A stretch of DNA of 28,617 bases, from the IMG/VR virus record IMGVR_UViG_3300037483_000112, positions 1 through 28,617 of that record; one strand, given 5' to 3'. Both the position numbers and the translations under genes were made by a program. This stretch comes from a virus. Taxonomy: Duplodnaviria > Caudoviricetes. Below the pieces are notes generated by a model that had not been told where the DNA came from, did not search any database, and saw only the letters and a list, made by a program, of their open reading frames with translations. The first letter of the stretch is position 1; the number at the start of each line of letters is the position of its first letter. This document shows, piece by piece, positions 6,848 through 15,893 of the stretch.

Positions 6848-8022
6848 TTCTTCCCGCCCTTGCTGCCCGTGCCCTTCGGCCCGGCACCGGCCGAGCCGCC
6901 GCCACTGCTCTTCCCGCCGCCCTTTTCCTTCCCACCGCCCTCGTACCCACCGCCCTTGCCAGCGCCGGCCTTAGCAGACTGTCCTGCGGCAGCTGAGCCA
7001 GATTTGCTCGGACTTGTCCCCGTCGTCGCATTCCCGACCCCATAGCCCTTGGCGAGCCCCCCGGCTTGGGCGGCGGCCCTAGCCTCGGAGGAACTTGCGC
7101 CCGCCTGCATGGACTTATCGACCTGAGCCATCATCTTGCCGAGCGAGGAACTAGCCGGGATTTGCGAGGAGCTGGTGACGTTCACCCCCATGCTCTGTGC
7201 CAAGGCAATCTTGGCCTTCTCGATAGAAGCGGCCGAAGCCGGGGCAGGAGCCGCCAGGGCGCCCGCTGGGGCCGTGGGAACCGCCATGCCAGGGGTAGAG
7301 GGCGTGGTGGCAAGAACGCCGCCAGTGGCCGTAGGCGTGCCCGGAGCGGGGCCTGAGAGCACGCCACCGGTGGCCGGGCCGATAGCCCCGGCCGGGTTGA
7401 ATTCGTTCACCAGGCTGGCCGCCTGAGCCCTGGCCGCACCCATCACACCGGGGTCCATCATGTTCTGCATCCCGGTATAGCCGCCGACCCCGAGTTCGCC
7501 GTAGCCGCCGAGCCCCCCGGCATAGGGGCTGTCCCCGAGGAAGCCACCGGTACCGGCGCTCAGTAGATCGCCCGTGCTGAGGTTGATCGGCTGACCGGTG
7601 ATCTTGGACATCATGTCGGCCTGCTGATTGGCCGCCTGGACACCGGAAAGAGCATTGCCCGCCGTGACCAGCGATCCCGCACCGGGGATGAGCGCCCCAA
7701 GACCAGCCCCGATCAAGGCGGCCGTATCCGAATAGCCCGGCGCGTAACCCGGATTGCCCTGGCCGAGCCCGCCGGGATTGTCATTGTTCCCGCCGGGGTC
7801 GTTGATCTGACCGCCCTGAAGCACCCCGCCGCCGCCCTGGCCCGGCGCCAGCACGCCACCGGGGGCGGGGGTTTGCGGCGCTGCACCCGCGCCAGCGCCG
7901 GGCTGCCCGAACGCGCCGGGGGTGTACGGGCTCTGGTACTGCGGCGCAGCCTGGAATGGGTTATAGGCGCCGAGCTGCTGGCCGCCGAAGCGCTGGGAGA
8001 AAAGCTCAAACGGACTAGGCAT
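6844..8022 (-). CDS. Gly/Ala/Pro-rich low-complexity putative virion (internal) protein
   Basis: Long ORF in the structural block; ATG at 8022 (MPSPFELF) preferred; hydrophobic Gly-rich segment and Lys/Gly-rich tail. Confidence 0.6.
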   Translation of the reverse strand: MPSPFELFSQRFGGQQLGAYNPFQAAPQYQSPYTPGAFGQPGAGAGAAPQTPAPGGVLAPGQGGGGVLQGGQINDPGGNNDNPGGLGQGNPGYAPGYSDTAALIGAGLGALIPGAGSLVTAGNALSGVQAANQQADMMSKITGQPINLSTGDLLSAGTGGFLGDSPYAGGLGGYGELGVGGYTGMQNMMDPGVMGAARAQAASLVNEFNPAGAIGPATGGVLSGPAPGTPTATGGVLATTPSTPGMAVPTAPAGALAAPAPASAASIEKAKIALAQSMGVNVTSSSQIPASSSLGKMMAQVDKSMQAGASSSEARAAAQAGGLAKGYGVGNATTGTSPSKSGSAAAGQSAKAGAGKGGGYEGGGKEKGGGKSSGGGSAGAGPKGTGSKGGKK

Positions 8023-8233
8023 GCTTCCAAACCCCTTGATACCCTTGTGCGGCCAGCGCCTTGCGCCAACGGTCGAAAGCCGAGCTGTTCGGTAGCCCAT
8101 CAGGCGTGGTCAATCCGGTCTTGGTATCCAGGAAGATCGCGACCTGTCCGGACGACATACCCTCAAGCTCCGGGAAATGCGGGAGCAGCAAGGGCACGAT
8201 CAGCGTGCGGTCGGTACGGGCCGGCATGTCCAT
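8015..8233 (-). CDS. hypothetical protein (72 aa)
   Basis: Fills the gap between neighbours with tight spacing; no motif recognised. Confidence 0.45.
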   Translation of the reverse strand: MDMPARTDRTLIVPLLLPHFPELEGMSSGQVAIFLDTKTGLTTPDGLPNSSAFDRWRKALAAQGYQGVWKHA

Positions 8234-8235
8234 TT

Positions 8236-8580
8236 CTAGCCTACCAATGACAGGACGAAATCCCTGTCCGTTTCAGCGTTGTTCGCATGTGTCAGCGTTG
8301 CCGTCTCGCTGTCCCTAGCACTCACGTAAAGCGTCCCCGCCCCGATCTCAGCAGCGGCATTTGCGGTCAACGGGCAGAACAGGATCACCGTATGGATCGA
8401 CAGTCGCGGGTCGGTAATGACCGTCGTCGCCGCATTGGCCGTCAACGTCACTTCAAGATCGGTGTTCATGTGCCCCTGCATGATGCCTCGCATGATCCAA
8501 TCGAGCATGATGCGAATCGCCGTGTCGACGGCCGCAACACCGGTTGAGGGAATAGTCGGGCGGATGAAAGCGTGGCTCAC
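8236..8580 (-). CDS. small virion structural protein
   Basis: GTGA overlap with the nozzle gene; Thr/Ala-rich beta-type sequence (VTLTANAATTVITDPR...PLTANAA...TLTHANNA). Confidence 0.65.
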   Translation of the reverse strand: MSHAFIRPTIPSTGVAAVDTAIRIMLDWIMRGIMQGHMNTDLEVTLTANAATTVITDPRLSIHTVILFCPLTANAAAEIGAGTLYVSARDSETATLTHANNAETDRDFVLSLVG

Positions 8581-10025
8581 CGCTGGCCCTCGGATACAGC
8601 GTCAACGTCGACACCTTGCGCATGTGCCCAGGTTTTACCGGCCGCGATGCTGATGCGCGCTCGGTGGAACCGGCCGGATGACCGCTGCGGCGAAAGGCCG
8701 CTGCCGTTCATCGCCACGGCCGTTGCGAACGTCACGGTATCGTTAGGGGCCGACCGGGCAGCGACAGCAACGGTAATGTCCGCGTCGTCGCCACCGTCTA
8801 TGATCGGACGCACACCCTGCACGAACGCCCGGCGACCGGGGAAAATCTGGGCCTCGGTGGTTTCCAGCGTGGCCGCAAGATTGGAGCCGACGAACATCTT
8901 ATGCCGGCCGTCCGCGCCTATAGCGCCCACTTGGATGGGACGTCGCTGAAACGCGCCGGTGCTTGAAGCATACCCGGCCGAACAGGTAAACAAACTTCCG
9001 TCAAAGCTCAGGTCGCCATTCGCGTCCAGGACATAGGACCAGCGCTGCGACGGCCAGTGATACATCAAAAGCCGGTATTCAATGCTGGTGTCGCTCAATG
9101 GTTCTGCCGCGTGCTGCACCATGTAGAGCTTTCTCAACGGGTCGACAGCGGCACTGTAGATCAAGCCGCTCGCGCCAAAAGTCCCCAAGATGTCGGTAAA
9201 ATATCTATCGACTTTCCCCGCTCCGATTGGCACGAGCTGGGTGCCGTCTACCAGCATCATGAAACCCGCATCCGAATAGAAAAACGTCAGATTCTCGAAT
9301 TGAGCTATTGACCTGTCGTTGCCGGACGCTCCCAGGCCGACATTGGTCGTGACCTTGTCGAACTGAAAAATCAGCGGCGAGCCAACATAAGACACCCGCC
9401 AGATTTGATTCTTCTGGAAAACCAGCCCCCTGTCGCCGCCGGCAAGCCCGCTAACACCGCCGCCGTCAGGAATATCCTGCGTATCGCTTTGTGTAGTGGA
9501 CGAGGGTGTCCAGTCCTCTGCGTCGTTGATTGCCGACCAATAGACGCGGTTGCGGTTTGCGGAGACACCCGCCATGAAAACAAAGTCGCGGATAGTCGTG
9601 ACGTATTTGGCCGTCGGCGGACTCCCGGCCAAAGCACTAAAATCTGTATCAGTGCCCTCCTCGAAAGCCTGCGGCACGTCAGCGTCATTGTTGGCGATTA
9701 CAAAATTTCCAAATTTGGCAAACCGCCACGTCACATTTGTATAAGCTCCGCCGGTCGTCCGGCTTACATCGGTCCAAGCTGCCGGCTCATCGCCGTTGAT
9801 TTGATAACGATACAAGTGCGTGGGGCTGCCTGAATAAATAAAATCACTTGCTCCTGGAGAATAGAAACCATACTGAGCGTCCGCTGCCGGTGCCGAATTA
9901 TCCACAGCAGACAGCCATGGCATCGGCCGGTAGCTATTGAAATCCGGGATGACGTTCTTCGCCTCGGTCGCGCCGGGATTCTGGAAATCGTGAAGGTCCG
10001 GGAGCCATTCACCGAATTCAATCAC
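8577..10025 (-). CDS. tail nozzle / packaged-DNA stabilisation protein (P22 gp10 / T7 gp12 analogue)
   Basis: IEFGEWLPD start, NRVYWSAIND..W..S..Q and beta-propeller-like strands; synteny after the adaptor; GTGA-coupled start at 10025 (track gives 10031). Confidence 0.75.
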   Translation of the reverse strand: MIEFGEWLPDLHDFQNPGATEAKNVIPDFNSYRPMPWLSAVDNSAPAADAQYGFYSPGASDFIYSGSPTHLYRYQINGDEPAAWTDVSRTTGGAYTNVTWRFAKFGNFVIANNDADVPQAFEEGTDTDFSALAGSPPTAKYVTTIRDFVFMAGVSANRNRVYWSAINDAEDWTPSSTTQSDTQDIPDGGGVSGLAGGDRGLVFQKNQIWRVSYVGSPLIFQFDKVTTNVGLGASGNDRSIAQFENLTFFYSDAGFMMLVDGTQLVPIGAGKVDRYFTDILGTFGASGLIYSAAVDPLRKLYMVQHAAEPLSDTSIEYRLLMYHWPSQRWSYVLDANGDLSFDGSLFTCSAGYASSTGAFQRRPIQVGAIGADGRHKMFVGSNLAATLETTEAQIFPGRRAFVQGVRPIIDGGDDADITVAVAARSAPNDTVTFATAVAMNGSGLSPQRSSGRFHRARISIAAGKTWAHAQGVDVDAVSEGQR

Positions 10026-10189
10026 GTCCACACCGTGCTTTCAGGCGTGACGGGGGTCCAAGAGCCGCCCTCTGCCGTGACCGGGGTCCAGACTTGATCT
10101 GACTCCTCGCCGATCTCCAAGCCGAACGTCAGCAGGCGCGTAACGCTGCCCTGCGGCCCGACGCCGAATGTGATGAGGTCGCCGCTCAT
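10022..10189 (-). CDS. small virion-associated protein with WT repeats (55 aa)
   Basis: Hand-translated MSGDLITFGVGPQGSVTRLLTFGLEIGEESDQVWTPVTAEGGSWTPVTPESTVWT; coupled to both neighbours by ATGA/GTGA overlaps. Confidence 0.65.
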   Translation of the reverse strand: MSGDLITFGVGPQGSVTRLLTFGLEIGEESDQVWTPVTAEGGSWTPVTPESTVWT

Positions 10190-12249
10190 GTCGCCCTGGT
10201 GATCGAGGTCGGAGTGGTCGCATCGTTTAGGGTGAACGTCATCGCGCTCGTACTGCCGTCGAGTTTCTTGGCCGTGAGCGTGGTGCTGGCAACCGACTTC
10301 TCCGCAAGCATCGCCCAGATCATGTAGAGAAGTTCTGCCATCGTCGCCGTGGCGCCATCCGTTGCATAGCCCTCCGTAAGGGCAGCCGAGCCTGTCGCCG
10401 ACAAGGTGTAGCCGGTCTTGGATGCGGCAGCGACGACAACGCCATCAGTCCCAGTGTCAGCGAGGATGCTGTCGACATTGGCATCAACCGTATCGACGCT
10501 GGCTTGTGTCGCGAGTGCCGTGAGCCCGGCTCCCGCCATGCCAATCTCCGCCGTGTCAATGACGATCGCGTCCACGATGCCATCCACGGTGTCCACACTG
10601 GCCTGCGAGGCCCTAGCATCAAGGATGAGGTCGAGGCGCCCGCCATTGGCCCAATCGGTCTGTAGCTCGTTCGTATCGGCCAGGATCGCCGCGACCTCGG
10701 TGTCGACCGCCGCCAGGATGGCCGCAACTTCCGTGTCGAGGAAGTCGTCGATCGTGTTGACGCTTGCCTGCGTTGCCAAAGCGGTCAGGCCCGCGCCGGC
10801 AGTCCCAATCTCTGCCGTATCGACCAGGATCGAGTCGATAATGCCGTCCACGGTATCAACGCTGGTCTGCGTTGCCCGGCTGCTGATCGTGGCGTTGATG
10901 TTGTCGCCGATAATCTTGCCGGCCGTGCCCGCCCCGTAGGCGCCTGGAAGCGCCGTGATCCACGGATCGCCGGCCGTGCCCGCCGCCGCCAAGGCTTCGC
11001 CTGTCGAGCCCGCCCCAGCATGCCCGGACAGAACTTCATCCCAAACAGCGTCAGCAATGCCAGCCTCGGTGAGCGCGGAACCGCCAGCGTTGTCGGCGAT
11101 CTCCTTGACCACGGAACCGGCAACGGCGGACGCGTAAGTCGTGCCACTGTCGGTATCGAAGAAGTCGGCAAGAGCGGTCGCGGTCAGACCGTTGATGGTT
11201 CCGCCAACATTGCCCGTGACAGACCCCACCGCGCCCGTGACGCTGCCGACAGAGCCGGAGAGATTGCCGGTGATGCTGCCGACGATGTCCATGGTCTGAT
11301 TGGGCAGGTTGATGTTCGTCAGCCCCGCGCCAGCCGTGCCGATCTCGGCGGTATCGACCAGGATGGAAGCAACCTCCGTGGCAATCTCACCGAAGGTGCC
11401 GGCGCCGACGTGGCCAGATTGCAGTTCATCCCAGACGGCATCCGCGACTTCGCCAGCGGTCGGCGCCGATGCGCCAGGAAGCGCGCCAAAGGCAAAGATG
11501 CTGTACGTGCTGGTGACGTCCGGCGTCACGACCCAATTGCCATTGACCGTGGCAACCTTGGTCGATCCGACATAGTCGCTGATGAACCGCGCCTGATTCG
11601 CACCGGTGCCGCCGCTAATCCATATCAGCGTGTTATTGTAGAAATCATCGTCGGCAGAAGAGCCAGACTGAAGGGTTATTGTTCCAGCCGCTCCTGCCTG
11701 CGCCGTATCGGCGTCGATAAGGCCATGCACAAGGTTGAGCGTCGTGTTGACGCCGTTTGCCAAAGTGCGGATTGAATCGCCGCCCGCCGAATCACCCACC
11801 GTCTGCCCGAACGTACCCGATGTCTGATGCCCGGTTGCGTCTTCGTCCCACACTTCGTCGACAATCTGGTCGATCTGCGCTGCCGTGATCTCCGCAAGCC
11901 CGCTCGCCACCGTCAACGTCTCACCGGCTGTGATCTTCGGCCGGTACAGCTCAATCGTGCGCGTCACTGGCGCCATGCCCGCATGCGTGATGTGGAACAC
12001 CATCTCCTGGCTGTCGTCGCCGGCGTCTATCGTCATGTCCTCGTCGAGCAGCAGCTCGTAGACGCCGGGCATGTTGGTGGCGTCGGTCTCGTTGATCGTC
12101 GGCGTGGTCATGGCTGCGGCGGCGCCGCCGTTGCGGGAGCGGTAGACCGTGAACGTGGTGAGACCGGTCTCGCGCGTCTTCAGGTCCGTCGCGTCGACCC
12201 CGACAAAGTACACATATTGGTCAACTACGCCGCTCGGAATACGCATCAC
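10186..12249 (-). CDS. repeat-containing acidic virion fibre/appendage protein
   Basis: 687 aa, rich in Thr/Ala/Gly/Asp; repeated [AD][DE][AE]VWDE-type and DTAEIGxAGAGLT motifs; tail-region synteny. Confidence 0.65.
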   Translation of the reverse strand: MMRIPSGVVDQYVYFVGVDATDLKTRETGLTTFTVYRSRNGGAAAAMTTPTINETDATNMPGVYELLLDEDMTIDAGDDSQEMVFHITHAGMAPVTRTIELYRPKITAGETLTVASGLAEITAAQIDQIVDEVWDEDATGHQTSGTFGQTVGDSAGGDSIRTLANGVNTTLNLVHGLIDADTAQAGAAGTITLQSGSSADDDFYNNTLIWISGGTGANQARFISDYVGSTKVATVNGNWVVTPDVTSTYSIFAFGALPGASAPTAGEVADAVWDELQSGHVGAGTFGEIATEVASILVDTAEIGTAGAGLTNINLPNQTMDIVGSITGNLSGSVGSVTGAVGSVTGNVGGTINGLTATALADFFDTDSGTTYASAVAGSVVKEIADNAGGSALTEAGIADAVWDEVLSGHAGAGSTGEALAAAGTAGDPWITALPGAYGAGTAGKIIGDNINATISSRATQTSVDTVDGIIDSILVDTAEIGTAGAGLTALATQASVNTIDDFLDTEVAAILAAVDTEVAAILADTNELQTDWANGGRLDLILDARASQASVDTVDGIVDAIVIDTAEIGMAGAGLTALATQASVDTVDANVDSILADTGTDGVVVAAASKTGYTLSATGSAALTEGYATDGATATMAELLYMIWAMLAEKSVASTTLTAKKLDGSTSAMTFTLNDATTPTSITRAT

Positions 12250-13103
12250 GCTATCCCATGCTCAATGCCGGAGAGGCCGCGGGACAGACCCGCGAGGCCG
12301 GCGGTTATCGGGTGGAGACCCTGCATCAGAAAGTCATCGCCGCCAGGGGCGGCAGCCGGCACGCTGACGATGGTGCGGCTTGGCAGCGGCTCCCACAGCG
12401 CGAACGGCTGCTCGGCCAACAGCCATATTTCAGAAGGCGTAAGCGCGCGTCTCGGCCACGACAGGAACTGGATGTAATTTCCAGTCATGCTCCCGGAAAA
12501 GCCGGTGCCGAGATACAAGTTAGCGCCCGTTGCGGTGGCGGTGTTTGTGTCTGCGCTTGTCCCGACTCGAACACCGTCCTGGTAGAACTGCCAATTGTTT
12601 GTGGCGTCCCACACACGGGCAGCGCAAAAAACCTTCCCATTCGCCAGAGGGACGCCTGACGTGGCATAGGCGCCTGGAGTAAAGAAAGACAACCGCCCGC
12701 TGGTAACGTTACTGACTGAGATTAGTTCTGCTGGATTAGAAAAATCTGCAAGCGCTGACAGATTGTAGATTGAGCGCGCAGTGGCAACATTATCCAGGCT
12801 CAGCCACATGACTACTGTGTGCGGCGTGGACGCTATCTTTATGTTTGGCCCGACCTCGGCAAGAGTATCCGCAGCTGCCGCATAGCGGCGCCCTAACCCC
12901 AGCGGGCCGTTACCCCAAGTCGGTGTGCCCGCAGCGGTTGCCAGCGCTTTCTCGCCACCAGACGGACTGTAGTCCTTTGGCGCTCCCGCTCCCTCGAACA
13001 GCGGAATGGTGATCCCAAGACCTTCGGCCAGCGGGTGGTTGCGGTTAAGCCTGAACGCCCCCGGCTTGATCAGATGTGGACGAGGCGGGAGAACGAGGCC
13101 CAT
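12246..13103 (-). CDS. LamG/concanavalin A-like lectin-fold virion protein
   Basis: TVVMWL...VWD...FYQDGVRVG...LYLG..F.G...W.RRALTPSEI matches the LamG_3 pattern. Confidence 0.75.
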   Translation of the reverse strand: MGLVLPPRPHLIKPGAFRLNRNHPLAEGLGITIPLFEGAGAPKDYSPSGGEKALATAAGTPTWGNGPLGLGRRYAAAADTLAEVGPNIKIASTPHTVVMWLSLDNVATARSIYNLSALADFSNPAELISVSNVTSGRLSFFTPGAYATSGVPLANGKVFCAARVWDATNNWQFYQDGVRVGTSADTNTATATGANLYLGTGFSGSMTGNYIQFLSWPRRALTPSEIWLLAEQPFALWEPLPSRTIVSVPAAAPGGDDFLMQGLHPITAGLAGLSRGLSGIEHGIA

Positions 13104-13106
13104 GGC

Positions 13107-13604
13107 TCAGGCTGCGGTGTTGTAATAGACCGGTGTGTACTTGACGGTGTTGCCGGATGCGGCGAGAGCGGCGCCAGTGTGGTTGATGATGACCAAGCCC
13201 CACTTGGGCGGCAGCGCGCCACCGAAGGCAGCGGCAACAGAGAAGATCGCGCTTTCAGCGACCTCGTCAGCGGTCGTGTACGGAATTGTGCCGATGAGCC
13301 GGAGGTTCTGGGCGTTGGCCGTGATATCGACGAGTGTGATCGTCCCCTCCGAGCCGCTGGCCGGATTCGTGTACGTCGTCTCCAGCCCCGCATAGGCATA
13401 GACGAACACGGCCTTGCTGTTCGCTGGGGCGGTGTTGGCGAAATCCAGAACCACCTGCACCAGAGCGTCAACATAGAGGTTGGTCGTGTTGTCGACCACG
13501 GCCGACTGCCAGCCCGCCGTCGCCGACGAGGCGAGGCTGTGCAGGTTCGTCACCGTCATAGCGGTCGCGGAACCATAGACGAGCTTGGTGTCACCGGTTG
13601 CCAT
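13107..13604 (-). CDS. putative structural protein (beta-rich)
   Basis: 165-aa Thr/Ala-rich ORF ending VIINHTGAALAASGNTVKYTP; coupled to the upstream gene. Confidence 0.6.
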   Translation of the reverse strand: MATGDTKLVYGSATAMTVTNLHSLASSATAGWQSAVVDNTTNLYVDALVQVVLDFANTAPANSKAVFVYAYAGLETTYTNPASGSEGTITLVDITANAQNLRLIGTIPYTTADEVAESAIFSVAAAFGGALPPKWGLVIINHTGAALAASGNTVKYTPVYYNTAA

Positions 13605-13939
13605 CAGTTAGCTCCTGCGGCGGTCCAGGATGCGCCATCCCAGAATGATCCATAGCGGCTCCACAGATTGCGGGCCGTGATCTCTGCCTGATAGTCGGCC
13701 CAGCGCGCCTCAAGAGCGGCTCTGATCTGGGCATTAGTGCCGTTCGACCCCAGCACGTCGATGAACTCGGTCACGGTGCCGGCAGCGATGGCGTCATTCT
13801 CCGCCTGCGAGGCGCCGGTCCAGGCCGATGTGGCGCCAGTGCGGGCATAAAACGCTTCCCGTCCAGCCGGGACGGTGGCCCAGAGCGCGTAACGCACCCG
13901 GCCGCCTTGCATGTCCAGAATGATCACCTGTTTCGCCAT
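13604..13939 (-). CDS. hypothetical virion-region protein
   Basis: GAGGAG RBS; ends in YGSFWDGASWT; TGATG coupling. Confidence 0.6.
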   Translation of the reverse strand: MAKQVIILDMQGGRVRYALWATVPAGREAFYARTGATSAWTGASQAENDAIAAGTVTEFIDVLGSNGTNAQIRAALEARWADYQAEITARNLWSRYGSFWDGASWTAAGAN

Positions 13940-13974
13940 TCCCGCTCCTCGCCCTCGCTGATCCCGAGAAGCTG

Positions 13975-14613
13975 TTATCCGTAAGTGATATCGAACGGCC
14001 GCGAGACGCCGATCTCCGTCGCCAGCGTGCCGGCCGACAGGATGGCCGTGTTCTGCTGCCGCAGCTGCCGCAGTTCGTCCGTCTCGGCCATGCGGTGCAG
14101 ATTGGCCCGCGGCTCGTCACGCATCACAAAGGCCGCAACCAAGGCAGCGGACCGGTGGTGAATCAGCATCTCCGCATCTTCCGTCCAGGCATTCGTATCC
14201 GCATCGGCGGAGAGCGCCGTCAATTCCTTCCGATAGGTCAGGGTCATCGTGTAGACCGCGTCCGGGATATCCCTCAGGCGGAACTGGCTCGCCAGGACAG
14301 CCCAATAGGTCGGGCGTCCCTGAGTCGCCGTCTCGAAATTCGCGTCCATCCATTGATTGGCCCTCCGAACCAGCCATTCCTTGGTCGTGCCATCGGAAAG
14401 CTGCATGCGCTTGGGCGCCTGGAAATCGGTGGGCAGGGCGTAGAATTCCTGAGCGGCAACGGTCGCGGCAGTCGCCTGCGCCTCGTTGAACCAGAAGTCC
14501 ATCTTGGCGTAGTGCGCGACCGCCCGGAGAACGTACCGGTTGATCTGCGTCGTCAGGTCCGAGCGGTTGAGATCGTCGGCGATGTTGCTCTTCAGGTCCG
14601 CGAAGCTGGTCAT
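13975..14613 (-). CDS. head-to-tail adaptor protein
   Basis: MTSFADLKSNIADDLNRSDLT...YALPTDF...GRPTYW...PDAVY...DTNAW pattern of podophage adaptors; ATG at 14613 with GAGGA RBS and ATGA overlap. Confidence 0.75.
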   Translation of the reverse strand: MTSFADLKSNIADDLNRSDLTTQINRYVLRAVAHYAKMDFWFNEAQATAATVAAQEFYALPTDFQAPKRMQLSDGTTKEWLVRRANQWMDANFETATQGRPTYWAVLASQFRLRDIPDAVYTMTLTYRKELTALSADADTNAWTEDAEMLIHHRSAALVAAFVMRDEPRANLHRMAETDELRQLRQQNTAILSAGTLATEIGVSRPFDITYG

Positions 14614-15878
14614 GCCGTCCTCTTCAGAATCAGCGCCGAGCGCTTGTCGACCTGGATCGTCCTGTCGTGATCGGCGGCCCATGTCGAAAGCTTGGCCGCA
14701 TATCCCGTATCGTCCGCATCGTCGGCCAGGATCGCCGACACCCTGTCGCCGAAAACATCGAAGAATTTCATTCGGCTCCCGAACATGCGCGGCGGACCGT
14801 CTACAAGGCCGGCCGCGAACCTCTCCGGCAGGCTTCCCATGTCTTCCGACAGGTCATACCAGCCGTCTCTGATCGGGCAGTGAACGATGGCGATGTTGCT
14901 GATCCCCGCCCGGCCAGCCATCGTCTCCAAACTACCGGCAAAGAATTCGTTGTGCTCTAGGCACCACACCTTCTGATCGGGGTTTGCCGCCGCCATCATG
15001 ATCGTGGTCAATCCCGATCCGGCCTCGATGATCGGCCCCGTCGCCTTGCGCGCCAGCATGACCGTGAAGGCCAGCATGTCGGCGTCGACAGACCAGGGAT
15101 TGCCGGCCGCCTTGATGGCTTCCTGGTACATCCCCACGGTTTCCGTGCCCTCGCGCACCTTGGCCGCGACGTAGCGCAACGTCGTTCCGGACTGCCGGCG
15201 GAGCGTGGCCGCGAGGCTGTCCTTGACCACATGCTTCCCGCAGTGGCCTAGACGCATCTCCGTCGCGGCGTAGAGTCTCCCGCCCATCGCGCGCCAGCGC
15301 ATGCAGAAATTGATGTCCCCTCCCCGTCTCCCGCCACCGAAAATGTCGCGCTCGAAAATCAGCGGCACCGGATTGTCGGTATCCTTGGCGAAATGTGCGG
15401 CGCTCTGCGCCATCATCTCCAACACAGGACGGCGGATGCGCAGGAAGCCCGTAGGCAGCCCTTCCACTTCAAGCAGGCCGTTCTCTTCCGGAAGGGTCCG
15501 GCCCGGCAATGGGCGATACGGCATCATGTCGTTGCCATCATCCCTGCGGTAGGGATAGACCCCGCCGACGATGTCCCGCTCATACCGGCAGAGCTGGATC
15601 AGGTGATCGGGCTCCCACGAAACATCCGCATCCAGCATCACAAGATCGGTGCAGTCTGATTTCAGGAAGTCCCGGACAACCGTATTCCTGGCGTCGTCCA
15701 CGTGGCAGTTGCCGCTCAGCAACATGTATGAGGTTGGTATCCCCGCCTTGTGCAGCTCCTCCCGGCTGCGGACAATAGAGAACGTGTAGGAAGCGTCGGG
15801 ATTGTCGTAAGCCGTGGTCGCAAGCAGAACCTTCTGCCCCGAAGCCTTGGGGCCGGCATCGAAGAAAAGCGAACTCAA
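14610..15878 (-). CDS. glycosyltransferase (GT-A)-class I SAM methyltransferase fusion
   Basis: N-domain: ARN, MLDADVSW (DxD), IVGGVYP, PTGFLRIRR, DINFCxRW, GHCG. C-domain: IIEAGSGLTT (motif I), CLEH, LVDGPP, DDA. Confidence 0.75.
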   Translation of the reverse strand: MSSLFFDAGPKASGQKVLLATTAYDNPDASYTFSIVRSREELHKAGIPTSYMLLSGNCHVDDARNTVVRDFLKSDCTDLVMLDADVSWEPDHLIQLCRYERDIVGGVYPYRRDDGNDMMPYRPLPGRTLPEENGLLEVEGLPTGFLRIRRPVLEMMAQSAAHFAKDTDNPVPLIFERDIFGGGRRGGDINFCMRWRAMGGRLYAATEMRLGHCGKHVVKDSLAATLRRQSGTTLRYVAAKVREGTETVGMYQEAIKAAGNPWSVDADMLAFTVMLARKATGPIIEAGSGLTTIMMAAANPDQKVWCLEHNEFFAGSLETMAGRAGISNIAIVHCPIRDGWYDLSEDMGSLPERFAAGLVDGPPRMFGSRMKFFDVFGDRVSAILADDADDTGYAAKLSTWAADHDRTIQVDKRSALILKRTA

Positions 15879-15893
15879 TGCCGGCCCTCCAGG

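Noticed and set aside
9898-9906. Second perfect DnaA box TTATCCACA inside the nozzle gene
   Set aside because: Isolated, with no iterons nearby, in a lower-GC patch; a single 9-mer can occur by chance.
10440-11480. Repeats in the 687-aa gene as a CRISPR array or a DGR template/variable pair
   Set aside because: They are in-frame, degenerate at synonymous positions and irregularly spaced; no cas or reverse transcriptase gene and no adenine-specific mismatch pattern noticed.
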